Assembly (NCBI GenBank): GCA_010015805.1
Contig: ML978123.1
Location: 2,232,001 to 2,296,000 of the forward strand
DNA: 64,000 bases
DNA from: Rhizodiscina lignyota
Taxonomy: Eukaryota
Direction: 5' to 3'
Part shown: piece after piece, positions 47,077 through 59,039 of the stretch
How positions within the stretch are numbered: position 1 is the first letter of the stretch
How the letters are laid out: the number at the start of each line of letters is the position of its first letter
Translations under genes and position numbers: made by a program
Notes under the pieces: generated by a model
The model's database searches: none
Told to the model about the DNA's origin: nothing
The model's input: only the letters and a program-made list of their open reading frames with translations

Positions 47077-49020
47077 ATGTCTGGCGTACTACAGACGAGG
47101 CATTTGCGATGCTTCTCCAGTCCCATCACGCAGAGCTCCCTTCGGGCGCTTCGAGGGGGTTCGCCGGCTGTGCCCGTATACAATTTTGGATCTCATCAAA
47201 GAAGAGACCTTAGCATTGCACAGTTAGACAATGACAAAAGAGGTGCAATAACGCATCGAAGAGCTTGATTGATATCATGCTAATGGCTTCATTAACTTAG
47301 ATCGACAAAGAGTCGTCATCCTGGGCTCTGGTATTCTTCTTCCGATCCATAATTTTTGGACCTTGACTGACCGTATCGTACAGGCTGGGCTGGCTTCACA
47401 ATCGCTCGACGCCTTAATCCAAAGCTTTATCAAGCTATCGTTGTTTCCCCTCGCTCCTATTTTGTATTTACTCCGCTCCTCGCAAGCACATCGGTTGGCA
47501 CTCTCGAATTCCGCACCGCGCTCGAACCCGTCCGTTCAATCACAAAACCTGTGGAGTTTCTCCAAGGCTGGGCGGACGATGTCGATTTTGCCAGCAAGAG
47601 AATCGCTGTTGAGGAAGCGGTGGATGATCCTCGAGGCACATCAGCGTTAACATACGACCGAAACAAGCCAGCTGTGAAGTCCTTGGCTGAGCAGCAGGCG
47701 GAGAAGTTCCAGGAGAAGAAGAAGGGGGAGCTGTTCGACTTGACATGGGACAAGCTGATAATTGCAGTTGGATGCTATAATCAGACCTTCGGGACACCAG
47801 GAGTGAGGGAGAACGCGATGTTTTTGAAAGACGTCAGCGATGCGAGAAGGATACGGAACCGGCTTCTGACATGTATGGCCTCACTTTGGCTGCCACATGT
47901 AGCATAGGCGCTGATGATGGCTGATAATAGGCTTCGAGACGGCCTCTTTACCTACAACGACCGATGAAATGCGGAAAAACTTATTAAACTTCGCTATTGT
48001 CGGAGGCGGGCGTAAGTATAACGGACTTCATCTCTCACGCAAGAAAGTTTGTTGATTCGGAAAAAACAGCAACCGGCATTGAGTTCTCCGCTGAGCTTCA
48101 TGATCTCATCCGGGAAGACATGGGAAAGCTATACCCTACACTCATGCCATTCTACAAAATCACAGTATACGACATTGCACCCAAGGTACTATCAATGTTC
48201 GACGAGAAGCTGGGCAAGTACGCTCTCAAGCATCTTCAACGCGAAGGTGTTCAGGTCAAGACGTCTCATCACGTTGAGGAGCTACGACGGGGATCACCAA
48301 AGGCAACACTCGATAAAGACGCTGCGAAAGGCGCAGATATGGGTTGGACACTGAAGACTAAGGAAGAGGGTGAAGTAGGCGTAGGGATGTGCGTTTGGAG
48401 CACCGGGCTGATGATGAACCCGTTTGTTGAGCAAAAGCTTGCCGGAACAGTTCAGCTGCCGAAGGAGGGTATTAAATTCGCCGGTGTCAGTGAGGCGGAG
48501 TCGAGAACGACGGAATGGCTTGTGAAGAAGGCCCCGAAAAGTGGAGGCGTCACGACGGACGATAAACTGCGCGTTCTCCTGCAACCTAAGGACAGCAAGG
48601 ACGGCTCACGGAGTGCAGTTATGCAGGATGTCTATGCACTGGGAGATTGCGCAGTCACGGAGGGCACGATGTATCCCGCCACCGCCCAGGTTGCCAGCCA
48701 GAAAGCAGAGTGGCTTGCTAAACGTTTCAACGCCAGAGATATAGACACTCAGAAAGGCTTCAATTGGAAGAATATGGGCGTCATGGCGTACCTAGGAAAC
48801 TGGAATGCTGTTCTACAGAGCTCAGGTGGCGACTTCTCTGGCAGGACAGCCTGGTTTATTTGGCGAGGTAAGTGAAACGATAAATCTATTTAAACGAGCA
48901 AGCTAATACTTTGCACTAGGTGCATACCTGACGAAGGCGGTTTCATGGCGCAATAAGATATTGATCCCAACGTACTGGTTCATTAATTGGCTATTTGGCC
49001 GAGACGTCTCACGGTTTTGA
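47077..49020 (+). CDS. Type II (alternative) NADH dehydrogenase, mitochondrial, multi-exon
   Basis: Leader then [65 protein letters not shown] and [10 protein letters not shown]. Confidence 0.9.
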
Positions 49021-49092
49021 TACCCTGGTCTCTGAGAGAGCATTATCATCGTGGTCGGTTTGGAATAGAATACATGGCGATAGCAATGAGAC

Positions 49093-51114
49093 TTACCAGA
49101 ATGATTCTTGTCCGAAATCGAGTCCAAAATCACTCATGTAGGCATCCCAGAAAGCCCAAGGAGACCCTCCTTGGTCTTGGACAACTGGAGTATTGAAGAA
49201 AGCTGTCTGAGTGTCCAGGAGGTGAGACCTCATCTCTGGTGCTGGTGGGAGGTTCAAGCGCCGCAGGCCAGTCGTGGCAGCAGGTTGTGTGCTGAATCCT
49301 TGAGCTTGATTATTCCCATCATCGTGAGGGTCGCCATTCGTCTTCGGAACAATGCGGAAAAGCGTATCCCAAAGTAGAGAAGCTCCGTGACAGTTTGTGA
49401 TAGAAAGCCTTAGTGTAGATGAGGGATCGACCGATGATTCTGCTGAGCGCGCCTTGTCGACAAGCCTCTGGATCAAGTTTGCGGCTCTGGCCCCGTCCCG
49501 ATGAGATGCCATACGCCCAAATATATCATGTGTCTTCACCAAGCCCTGAATACCGAGCAATTTGTGTGCCTGGCTACTTCTTGGGTTGCTCACGACCATA
49601 CGGAATAGAAAAACCGCAGCAAAGAATAGACTCGTGAAGAAAGGTTTCGGATAGTATGTCAACCCGCCGAGGCTGCGTTGCTCTTCGGCCACCTGCGTGA
49701 GGCTTATGCTCCTCATCTGAGTTATGAGGCTGGAGGCCGCGTCCAATCCTTTGAAAATGAGGATTTGTCGATTGATTACGTTCTGATCATCCACCAACGG
49801 CATTTCTTGCAGAGGAAGTAAGAAATTCAATGCATACAAATTCAACTTGGTATAGTGAAGTTGTATATCGAGTTCGGGAGTCCAGTAAGCAGAGTGGGTG
49901 TCTTTGATGGTGTCAAGATTACTGTCGAAAGTTTGGGTGAGGGTGAAATGCGCCGCTGGATCTTCAACGTCCTCAAGCGAAACGCTGTAATGGCATACAA
50001 TCTCGTTGATCGCGAGACTGGCTCGATTTTGAGGCGACAGAAGACAGTCGAGGCACTCTGTAGCCTTTCTTACTTTTTTGAGCTGCGCAGTGGACGAGAG
50101 GGGAGGCGGTAACCCTAGCCAAGTCGCCGCCCTTACGGTAACTTTAGCGGATGTCAAGTTTGTTAATCTGCAGCGATATGACATACTGAGTACCAATACT
50201 AAAGCATCCCATAACCCAGGTCATCCGCTGGGTTTGAACATCGACGTTCGCACACAAGCTATTCCAGCGTGCCCAACCTCGAGTATTGATATCTTCCGGT
50301 GAAGCGTTATGGAAAGTCAGTCTCATACAAGCATTGACAGCAATGCCGATATAGCTCCATGATGGATCAAACGATGGCAGGCGTTTGGGAATTGGCCAGA
50401 GACAAAGAAGTAAAATGGCATGGACTTCTTCCATGGATCGAATGGCAGTATTGGAAAGCGGAGCAAGGAGGTCTTTGTGTGGGAAGAACAGCTGCTCGTA
50501 CAGATTGCTGTGCTGCGCGTGGTTTTGACACGCAACCAAAATAATCGTCCAGAAAAGCAACGGACAGTTCCCAGCGAAACGGCTCACTGACCGAATGGGC
50601 TGTACAAACGGCGCGTGGACATGGTAGTATCGACCGAAGCTGCGGATAGATTAGCGGTAGTGGTAACTGGTTAATTACGACTTAAGGAACCCTACTGCTG
50701 AAACAACTCGACTATGACCTGAGAAGGAATAGACACGGTTCCCAAAGAAAACTCCGGAAAGCCTTCCACGTCAGTTGACAGAAGGAAGACAGAAGAGGTA
50801 TCGACTCCATTCTGCGGCTGTGTTCGAGCCTCGACAGAAGGACTGCTCTCCTCCGATGCATCCTGCGATGCTCGGACAATGTGGAGCTCGTTCGCAATGT
50901 CTTGGGCAATTCTAGAAAGCATGAGTACCGGCTGTTATGAAGCGGATAAAGTGTTCTCTCACCGCCTTGTAAGGATTCTCTTGAAGTTCTTGTCAAATCG
51001 GCACTCGAGGCTCTTGCTACTACATCTTGAACACGGATTGGGGGCTTTGTCGCGGGCGTCGCAGGCCACTTTTGCCTGCCGACAGGCCGTACACGACTTT
51101 GGTTTTCCAACCAT
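49093..51114 (-). CDS. Zn(II)2Cys6 transcription factor with fungal TF middle-homology region, 4 exons
   Basis: MVGKPKSCTACRQAKVACDARDKAPNPCSRCSSKSLEC (in a frame the ORF track misses), then PLLFWTII and AILLLCLWP. Confidence 0.9.
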
Positions 51115-51856
51115 ATCCTTTCGTACTAGGTCATCCTTTGGAATTTGGGTGTTGTATTATTATTACTCCCCGTCCGTTGAAACGTATGTGTAGACACTTT
51201 CTACCCTGTGGCATTGGCAGTTGCTTGGGTTTTTCGCCATATCAAACGTCAGATCCTCCCCAACTTAGAGTATCGGATGATGAGGAATATGGTACAGAAC
51301 CCGAAATTAGGGCCTGCTCATCTGGACTGTGCTATTGTTGATCCTTTGAAGTCTCGGTGGGGAGATGAAGTGGAGAGAGGTTGGCAGGCCGTTCTCCGGT
51401 TCTCGCACTTTCAGTTAATAAGCGGCTTAGGCAGTAGTTAAAATGTCGAACACGATAATGGCCAACCAACCCGAACCCCCGGCGCTAAGTACGGAGTGGA
51501 CTGGCTTCGACTCCATTGATTGCGACATTATAAGCGCTCCGTACCGCCTTTTCCTTCATTGTCATTCTCCGGGAGCCGCAGTTTGGGCAATACACCACCT
51601 CCCAATGTGACGCGGCTCTCTTCTATCTCCCCATTAGACGACAGTGACGATTCCCAGAGGCTACTATATGCGGAGCGCGATGCGTTTGAGTTGTAGAGGC
51701 ATCATCTGTGCATTGACTTGCTCTTAGGAGGTAGGTCGACCAATAAACAGTTCGAGCGAAGTCTAGAGCTCCTCTGTATAAAGGTATGGCTCTACTTGTT
51801 TCGTTCCAATTCTTGAGACTAATCGTACATTTTCCAATTCTAATTTCATCGTCGCC

Positions 51857-52911
51857 ATGAAGCTTTGCGTTCTCTCTGCTACTTTGTGCTTTAACCTGGC
51901 AGCTGCTCTGCCCTCCTTGCCTTCATGGCTCACATCTGAATTTTCAGCCGAAATTCCGGAGGAAATTCATTATTTTACATGGCATTCTCCAGGGCCCAAT
52001 GATGGTATGCATATGGAATAGCTCACCGATGCTGGGATGCTGAGAGTCGATAGCACGAGCCCCTTGTCCAATGCTGAATACTCTGGCGAACCATGGATTC
52101 CTCCCTCACAGCGGCAAAAGCATCACTGAACGTGATACGGTTAACGCTCTGTACACCGCCCTGAATATCAATCAGACTCTCGGTCAATTCCTGTTCCAGA
52201 AGGCTATGACAACCAACCCTACACCTAATGCTACAACTTTTGACCTTGACGATCTCGATCGTCACGATATCCTTGAGCACGACGCATCTCTGAGGTTTGT
52301 CGGGGTTCTCATTTGCAATCCGCTCGATTTCCTTTGCCCTACCAAGTCCATGAATCGAATTTCAAGTCACCGACGTTCCAAAATAGTGCAGTAACTTATT
52401 CAAAACTATTCAGTCGTGGCGACTTTTACTTCGGAGACGATCACACGTTCAATCAGACAATCTTCGATGAAACGAGGTCATACTGGACGGAACCCATTAT
52501 CGATGTCCAAATGGCAGCAAATGCTCGCCTAGCTCGAGTCCATACCTCGAATGCGACTAACCCAACCTTCATGCTCACTGACCTCGGTAGGAAATTCAGT
52601 TTCGGAGAGACGGCTGCGTACATCCTCGTTCTCGGTGATAGAGTTGCTGGCACGGTGAAAAGGTCGTGGGTGGAGTATCTCTTCGGTCAGCACTATAATC
52701 CTGCTGGTAGATGCTGAACACTATCCAGCTAACCATTCTTCCAACAGAGAAGGAACGTCTGCCGCTTGAGCTAGGCTGGAGAAAGAGGAAGGTAGAGATC
52801 TCAAATGGTCATGTCGGCAATCTTCTTCAGAGGATAGTGAATGCAACTGGAGCCTCCGCACAGGATAAGGAGATAATGATCAAGCGTGGAGGTATGCATG
52901 TAGGGCTTTGA
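51857..52911 (+). CDS. Unspecific peroxygenase / heme-thiolate peroxidase (chloroperoxidase family, short type), 4 exons
   Basis: Signal peptide; RAPCPMLNTLANHGFLPH with the proximal Cys; LEHDASLS|R.D; E.AAY and ERLP.ELGW. TATAAAG at 51777. Confidence 0.92.
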
Positions 52912-55900
52912 GGACCTGATAATTGACTAGCGCGCGGTAGATATATAGCAAGATTGGAGAAAGTCTGATGCCGAGTGGAATATGAGCAAGATGCTGCTAC
53001 CGCGCAGGTGTATTCGACAAGCTGAGGTCCAGGTGGCGACGAGTTTGCTCTGACCTCAGGGCGAAGCTGAGCTGAGATAGCATGTACGGAAACTTGAAAA
53101 CAGTTCGTTCACTTGAAGCCCTAGATAGGTTAATGTTCGTGGTAGCAGTCGTTTCTGCTGTCTATAGTTCACCTGATTAGTCAAGTCTCTGAGCATTCCA
53201 AATGGAGCAGCTGAAGCGACGATTGATCAAGAAAACGATTTGCCTATTGTTAACTGAAGACGGCCACCCGCTTCAATATTGCACCTTCCAATATACATGA
53301 ACCATTCATCGAGTACCCTACGTTGGCCAAATGTCTCTCGATTCCAGCAAGGCATCTACTCTTAGCAGGAGACGTCTACCAGCTAAGCTCTGTAGTATTC
53401 GGACGTGGATCTACAATTTGCGGAAGATGCCAGCCAAGGTCTTCCCTGTTCCGACTTCCATACGGTTCATGGAAGACGCTTGCCCGTCTGAGTGTTGCTT
53501 CCTTCTTAATGCGTGCGATTTCCGTTGAAGATGGTCTACCGTTCCAAGTCCGATAAATCAGTAACGTATCCACGATTGGTGGGATGTGTCTGCTAACTCT
53601 GCTTGTCTGATTCTGTCATCTTTCGACCCACATCTACCGTTGGTGGCAAACGCGGGCTAGCCAAAGTACAGCGTCTTGTCCGTATTGTGTAATGTTAGCG
53701 GAAGAAACTTTCCAGCCGAAGTACTGTAATTTCCACATTGCATCCAAGGTTCATGAAGGATCCAAGTCCGCTAAGGTATTGTACGTTTCGCAATGCGTCT
53801 ACTGTCCGCGGAAGACATGGTTCGGCCGAGGTCTGGCAGTGCCCTCACAGCATCTACTGTCCGTGCAAGACGTCTTCCAGTGGGAGCATTGTTCTCTTTC
53901 ACGTCGCACATATGCTGTTGGTGAAGACGCGGCGTAGATGCCGCATGCCAGCTTTAAATACTGTCTTCTCGCACCCGTTCCATTTTTCGCGGTAGACACA
54001 GCCCAGCAACATCGGAATTCGATTTATGCATTAAATCTGCGGGTTAAATACCTCTGCAGCCGGGTCAACTGCGTGCCTCATGCGTCATTCTGCACTAGCG
54101 GAAGTCGTCCGACGGTTGAAAAACTTGTCCGATGTTCCAGTCCCTTTGATTGTTGCACCATGGCTTCCTTCTGTTTGAAAATCTGCACTTATGCAAATAT
54201 TATAGATTCAGTAATTAGCAAGACTGGACCGATTGGATCTGGGCCGGGTCCCTGCCCCTGATTTCATTATTGGAGCAAAGTGCTGTGTTCATTGCTGCCC
54301 TGATTTTCGACAGGAAGGACGAGAATGAAGCCTTGATACGTTGCAATTCGCCTGTACTCCGAGCGGTTATGATGGATTCCTCTTAACGCCCGATCGCTGA
54401 AACTGTCCGAACGCGTACTCCGTGAGTGATGCTGTTTGAAGGATGCACTTCGGAACCTGATCATCCTGTAGGCTGCAAAGCGAATATTGTATTTTGAGGC
54501 TCGGAGATTTGACATGATTTCAAGGAGACGTTCAAAGCCTGAGCTGAGCTGAGCAGTTGATAATCTCCGCAAGCCATCCATCCCACTGCATAATGTAGGA
54601 CATTTAGGGAACGATGGACACGTCAAGCAAACAATTGGGCAAAGCACTTGTGCGACACAGGGCTCTCAAGAACCATAGCCACGCGAGGCTCGCATGGCTA
54701 GCGCTCTGCTGGACTGGCGAGTGAGGAACGAAACAGCAGCCCCAGCTGCATGATTCCAACGGCTCTGCGGCATGGCCGCTGTCATAATGAGTTTATTTCA
54801 ACCGCATTCCATGGCCGAGCAGAGCCAAATGCGATCAGTCCCTCTGTCGACTGGCACGGGAGTCTCCCCGACTGCTGGACGAAGCAGCTGGCGTCCGAGA
54901 GAAGCGTCGTTTTCGTTGCCCCCGCAGCGGATCACGATCATCGTCAAGGAACATTTCGGCAAGTACCTTGTCGTTTTGCGGGTTGAACATCGTGCTGGGT
55001 ACGGGAGGGCGCATTAGATGCATCGTGAATGCAAGGGAGCGCGGCGGCGACCTCGAATGGCGGCGTCCGCAAGGCTGGTCTGCGGCGATGCCTGCCGCAT
55101 GGCGCTCACCTCACCTGCGCTGCCGTTGGAGAGAGCGCCAGCACAATTCTTCACCGGTCTTTCGAGGGAGGTCCACTGCATGCTCTTGGGCAGTGGGTGA
55201 GCAAAGGTCGGCGTAGGGCATCAATGGCCCGTATCAACCGCGCGGGCCAATCAGCGGGCAGCAGGCCCTGTGACGTCGAGTTTTCTCCGATTTCTCCAGC
55301 TCTCATTGCTGGCCTAGCGCAATAAAGCGTACCAGACTTCGGCACTGCGCCCAAGCCCATTGCTCTTAACACGCTTCACTATCATCGACCACTGTAGCGC
55401 CCGCTGCACCTGCAATTTGCCCCTCCGCCTCGCTGGCCGTACGGCTTACTCAATTGCCTCGACGTCTTCCTGTTATGCTGCACGACTGTCCTCCGCGTCG
55501 TCTCTCGTCGTCGCTCCTTCTGCTTTGGTGCGCGCAGACGTCCTTCCGACTCACATCCCGGCCTGCAGAGAGGCCATCAGGATGCCAACACATCAATCGC
55601 CTCTCGACACCTCAGCATCACAGAGATTCGCACCGCGTGCCTCCGCTAGCTCCAAGAGCTAACCCATGCAATTGCAGGATACGCTCCTTGCCGCTTTTGC
55701 TTGCCAGAGCTCGCCATCTCGGCGCGCATGCCTGGCCTCGACTCCCATCGCCGTGCCCTTACGTCTTTGATGAATGCTTCGCTCGCCCCCCAAAAGGCTC
55801 CACTGCTTCTCACTCATTCGCTGTCTCTCCCGGCCTCCATTCCTCCTGATACGAGCATCTGTGGCTAGCAGCTAGTCATTTGTCACAAGCCAGAGTGCTT

Positions 55901-56371
55901 CCGTCTGATATGCCAATGCTTACTGGGGTTTGGTGATCGGCTGTCCATTAGTGCTTTGCTCCACCATCCAGACCTCCAATTGAACTCGTTCTCACCCGGT
56001 GGGGAGCTCGGAAGCACCTTCAATTCGCATATCAGCATGCATCTCTATCAGCTTCCAGGCGGGGTCGACGTGAGCCAGACTTGCTGATGGGGTCCATGGC
56101 ATTCCCCCCAACGGGTCGATGAGCCGTCAATGCTGTCTTCCGAGCAAGGCTGCGGTGGGTATAAAAAGGAGCCGATGTTGTGGTTTTACAGCATCTGCTC
56201 CTTCTTCCCTTTAATCCACTTCTCTAGCGACCAAGTATTCTTATCCAAACTTGCGTCATTATATTGGATCATCTCACTCCATCACATCAAAGTCTATCCA
56301 ACACATACCCAACTCTGCCAATTACTATCTCTCAAGCTACTCACACTTCATATTACTTCCTCACAATCAAG

Positions 56372-57134
56372 ATGTCGTACTACTACCCCAGTCCTTCCGC
56401 TCCCGTCAGTGTGCCCCAGAAACAAGGCACCTACCCTTATCCGTACCCGTACCAGGCTGCTTATGGCCGTGTCTCTGTTTCTCCTCCAGAGCATCCTGAG
56501 AGCAGCACTGGTTCTGGCGTCCCGTCATACGACCCTTCCGCCGCATCAACCAGCTACGCCGGCAGCGCGTATGCCGGTAGTGCGAGCGAGTATGATTCAT
56601 CTTCGTCAACGGGCACAAACAGCATCGATCTCCTCGAGTATATGAACGGCCGCCTTGCCGACGCCTACAATCCAGAACCACTGGATCGGAGTTTGGCAAA
56701 ACAAGCGCAAACGTGAGTTTCGAGCCCGCCAATTCTGTCACTATACGAATTCCGCGATTTAACAGTTTTACAGATCTGGCCAGATAAACGACAAGACGCG
56801 GCAGCTCAGGGAATTGCAGGCGCTTGCGCAGCAACGACTCGCCGCCGCCCAGTCCAATTTCGCAGAAGGCATTAAATCCGCGAAAGAAGTCCAGCGAGAT
56901 TTGCAATGGACACAAAAACGCGTGAGGTGAGAATTTTTCTAATTTTCCAGACCTGCAATTGCGGTGTGTGGTGGTGTTGCGAGGGAGCAGACGTCAAATT
57001 AAGGTTGCTGCGAACGGTCTGTGACAGCACAGCTAACGCTGCATCTTAGCGCCATCAACCAGCGCGCCGCGCGCAAGTACCCTGCAGAGTACAAGGTCGC
57101 GAGCCAGAGATACCCGGCTCCTGTGGATTACTAG
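56372..57134 (+). CDS. KXD1: KxDL-domain protein (BLOC-1/BORC subunit Kxd1-like), 3 exons
   Basis: IDLLEYMNGRL...PLDRSLAKQAQT|SGQINDK.RQL...F.EG......QRDL.WTQKRVS|AI..RA..KYP.EY. TATAAAA at 56160. Confidence 0.8.
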
Positions 57135-58090
57135 GTCCTCCGCGCCGTATTTTGACGCAGGAACGGGTGTACGAGGACGACGTTTCATTCGCCATGTCTC
57201 ACTTTTTTCGATTCTCTGTACAATGTTTGACCCTTGGACGACTTTTCCTTTTTCGATCGACATGCGGGTGATGCGGGTGATTAGCGCGCTGGCTGCTTTA
57301 TCAGCCTTGCGGCGGTAGATCGACGCGATTTGGTGGTCTGAGCGGCAGGGCCGTGGCTTCGTGCCAGGCGCTGCGATTTAGCCGGTTCGAGAGGACTGGT
57401 CAAGGCGCCTGGCACGCTACAGATGGCGAGGGCGAGTGCGAGAGCTCAAGGGGGGCACCAGCATGGATTAGATCGGTTTCCATTCGGCGTTCATTGGTTG
57501 CTTGGACATCCACGAGCACGAGAAAGCACGCGGTTGGGTGGCTAAATTGCACTGCTATGGGACTGGGAGCATAGTATGCGTGAGACGTTGTCTCCGATTG
57601 GGAGAAGATTGCATGACTTGGATGCCCAGAATGGGTGGTTTATGTGTGACGGCCGTTTTATATTTGTTGTAATTATTCGTAGCACGAGATGGTGCTCGTG
57701 AGACAGCAATCCACGAATTGAATCAAAGCGCGATGGCTGAAATCAAGTTGAGCACTGTAATTTATAGTATCGCGGGCTACGTTTTTAAAGCAGTCAAGCT
57801 CGTTCTATTGGGGCCAGAGGTTGCAAGTGCAACCTTGCCGGTCTGCGTTGACGCCCATCCATGTAGGTATTGCATCCATGATCCGAATGCGGACATTCGC
57901 ACGTGCCGCCTCATCCACCCAGTGTGGATTACACATCAATTTCGCAAAGAATACACATAGGACGTGAGGGACCATCGATCGAGACGTCCAGAACGTTTCT
58001 CAGCCACTTGTATCATGTTGCCGATAGCTTATACTATGAAAGCTCGCCGTGGCCTTCCTCTATCCATCGGATGCCCAGAAGCTCGGTCGC

Positions 58091-58627
58091 TCATCCATCG
58101 TCTGCGGCCCTCAGTCGCTCCCAAGGGTCCTCGACGAAGCTTGGCTTGAAGTACACCATGTCCCCCGCCTCATTCCTCACGCCTCTGCTCAGTGCCGCCA
58201 ACTCCTCCCCGTCAAGGTCCCCAAGCTTCTTCCCCTGGATTCGCGCGTACAGTCCCGCCCCGCTCTTATGACTCGGCGCAGAGGAGCTCCCATAGCCACG
58301 ACCTGAACCTCCGTCTGAAAAAGCCGGCTTCGATGGCAACTGCTGCAGATCCTGCGCCTCTTGGTTCGCGGCGGGGGCGGCCGTCGTCGCAATCCCTGCT
58401 TGAGTGTCGTCGCTAGACGATACGTTTCCCTTGCCACGGATGCCCAACGGCGTCGAATTAGCTCCGCGAGCTGTGCTGTTGCCCGAGGCCGACGAAGCAT
58501 CGGTGACGGTGAACCGGCCGTCGTCGTTTTTGCGCCGTTTTGCGCCCGGCTTCATGCCGAAGGAGGTGAAGCCCATCGCCGCCGCAATCTCCGGGTCGAC
58601 CTCGAAATCGTCGTCTTCAGGATCCAT
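58091..58627 (-). CDS. Small conserved protein with N-terminal AMGFTSFG and C-terminal YFKPSFVEDPW (MPLKIP-like) motifs
   Basis: 178-aa intronless ATG ORF with GC3-rich codons. Two short motifs flank a low-complexity linker; basic AKRRK may be an NLS. Confidence 0.8.
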   Translation of the reverse strand: MDPEDDDFEVDPEIAAAMGFTSFGMKPGAKRRKNDDGRFTVTDASSASGNSTARGANSTPLGIRGKGNVSSSDDTQAGIATTAAPAANQEAQDLQQLPSKPAFSDGGSGRGYGSSSAPSHKSGAGLYARIQGKKLGDLDGEELAALSRGVRNEAGDMVYFKPSFVEDPWERLRAADDG

Positions 58628-59039
58628 GGCAGTTAAGGTGTGCGAGAGGTGAGGGGTTTAGAGTCGCAGTGAAATAGTTTTGGGACAGGTGTCGATGGGA
58701 TTGACGCAGAGCAGAATGGCCAACTGGTAGGGCTAGCGGATCGGCCCGCTAATGTGCAGGAGGCAGGAGGCAGGATCGTGCGTTAGACACGCATGAAGCT
58801 TGAATATCGTGACAACCTTCAGAAAGAGTGAGCTTGTTGGAGTATTTGTCAATTGGAACTATGCAGGAATTGCAGAATATATTCTGGTGCGGAAATGGAA
58901 GATGGTTGTTCGTCTTCATTGTCACCGTAATTCTATCTACACATATTCACATATTCACTAGGAACAGCAATAAAATCTTCAGTTGAATCATGCTTTTGGC
59001 CATTTTCCAATTCCAAACGCCCTTTGCCTACCTATGAGT

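Noticed and set aside
56264..56371. In-frame N-terminal extension of KXD1 from the ORF track
   Set aside because: Begins at TTG, not ATG; pyrimidine-rich 5' UTR-like sequence; ATG 56372 has good context.
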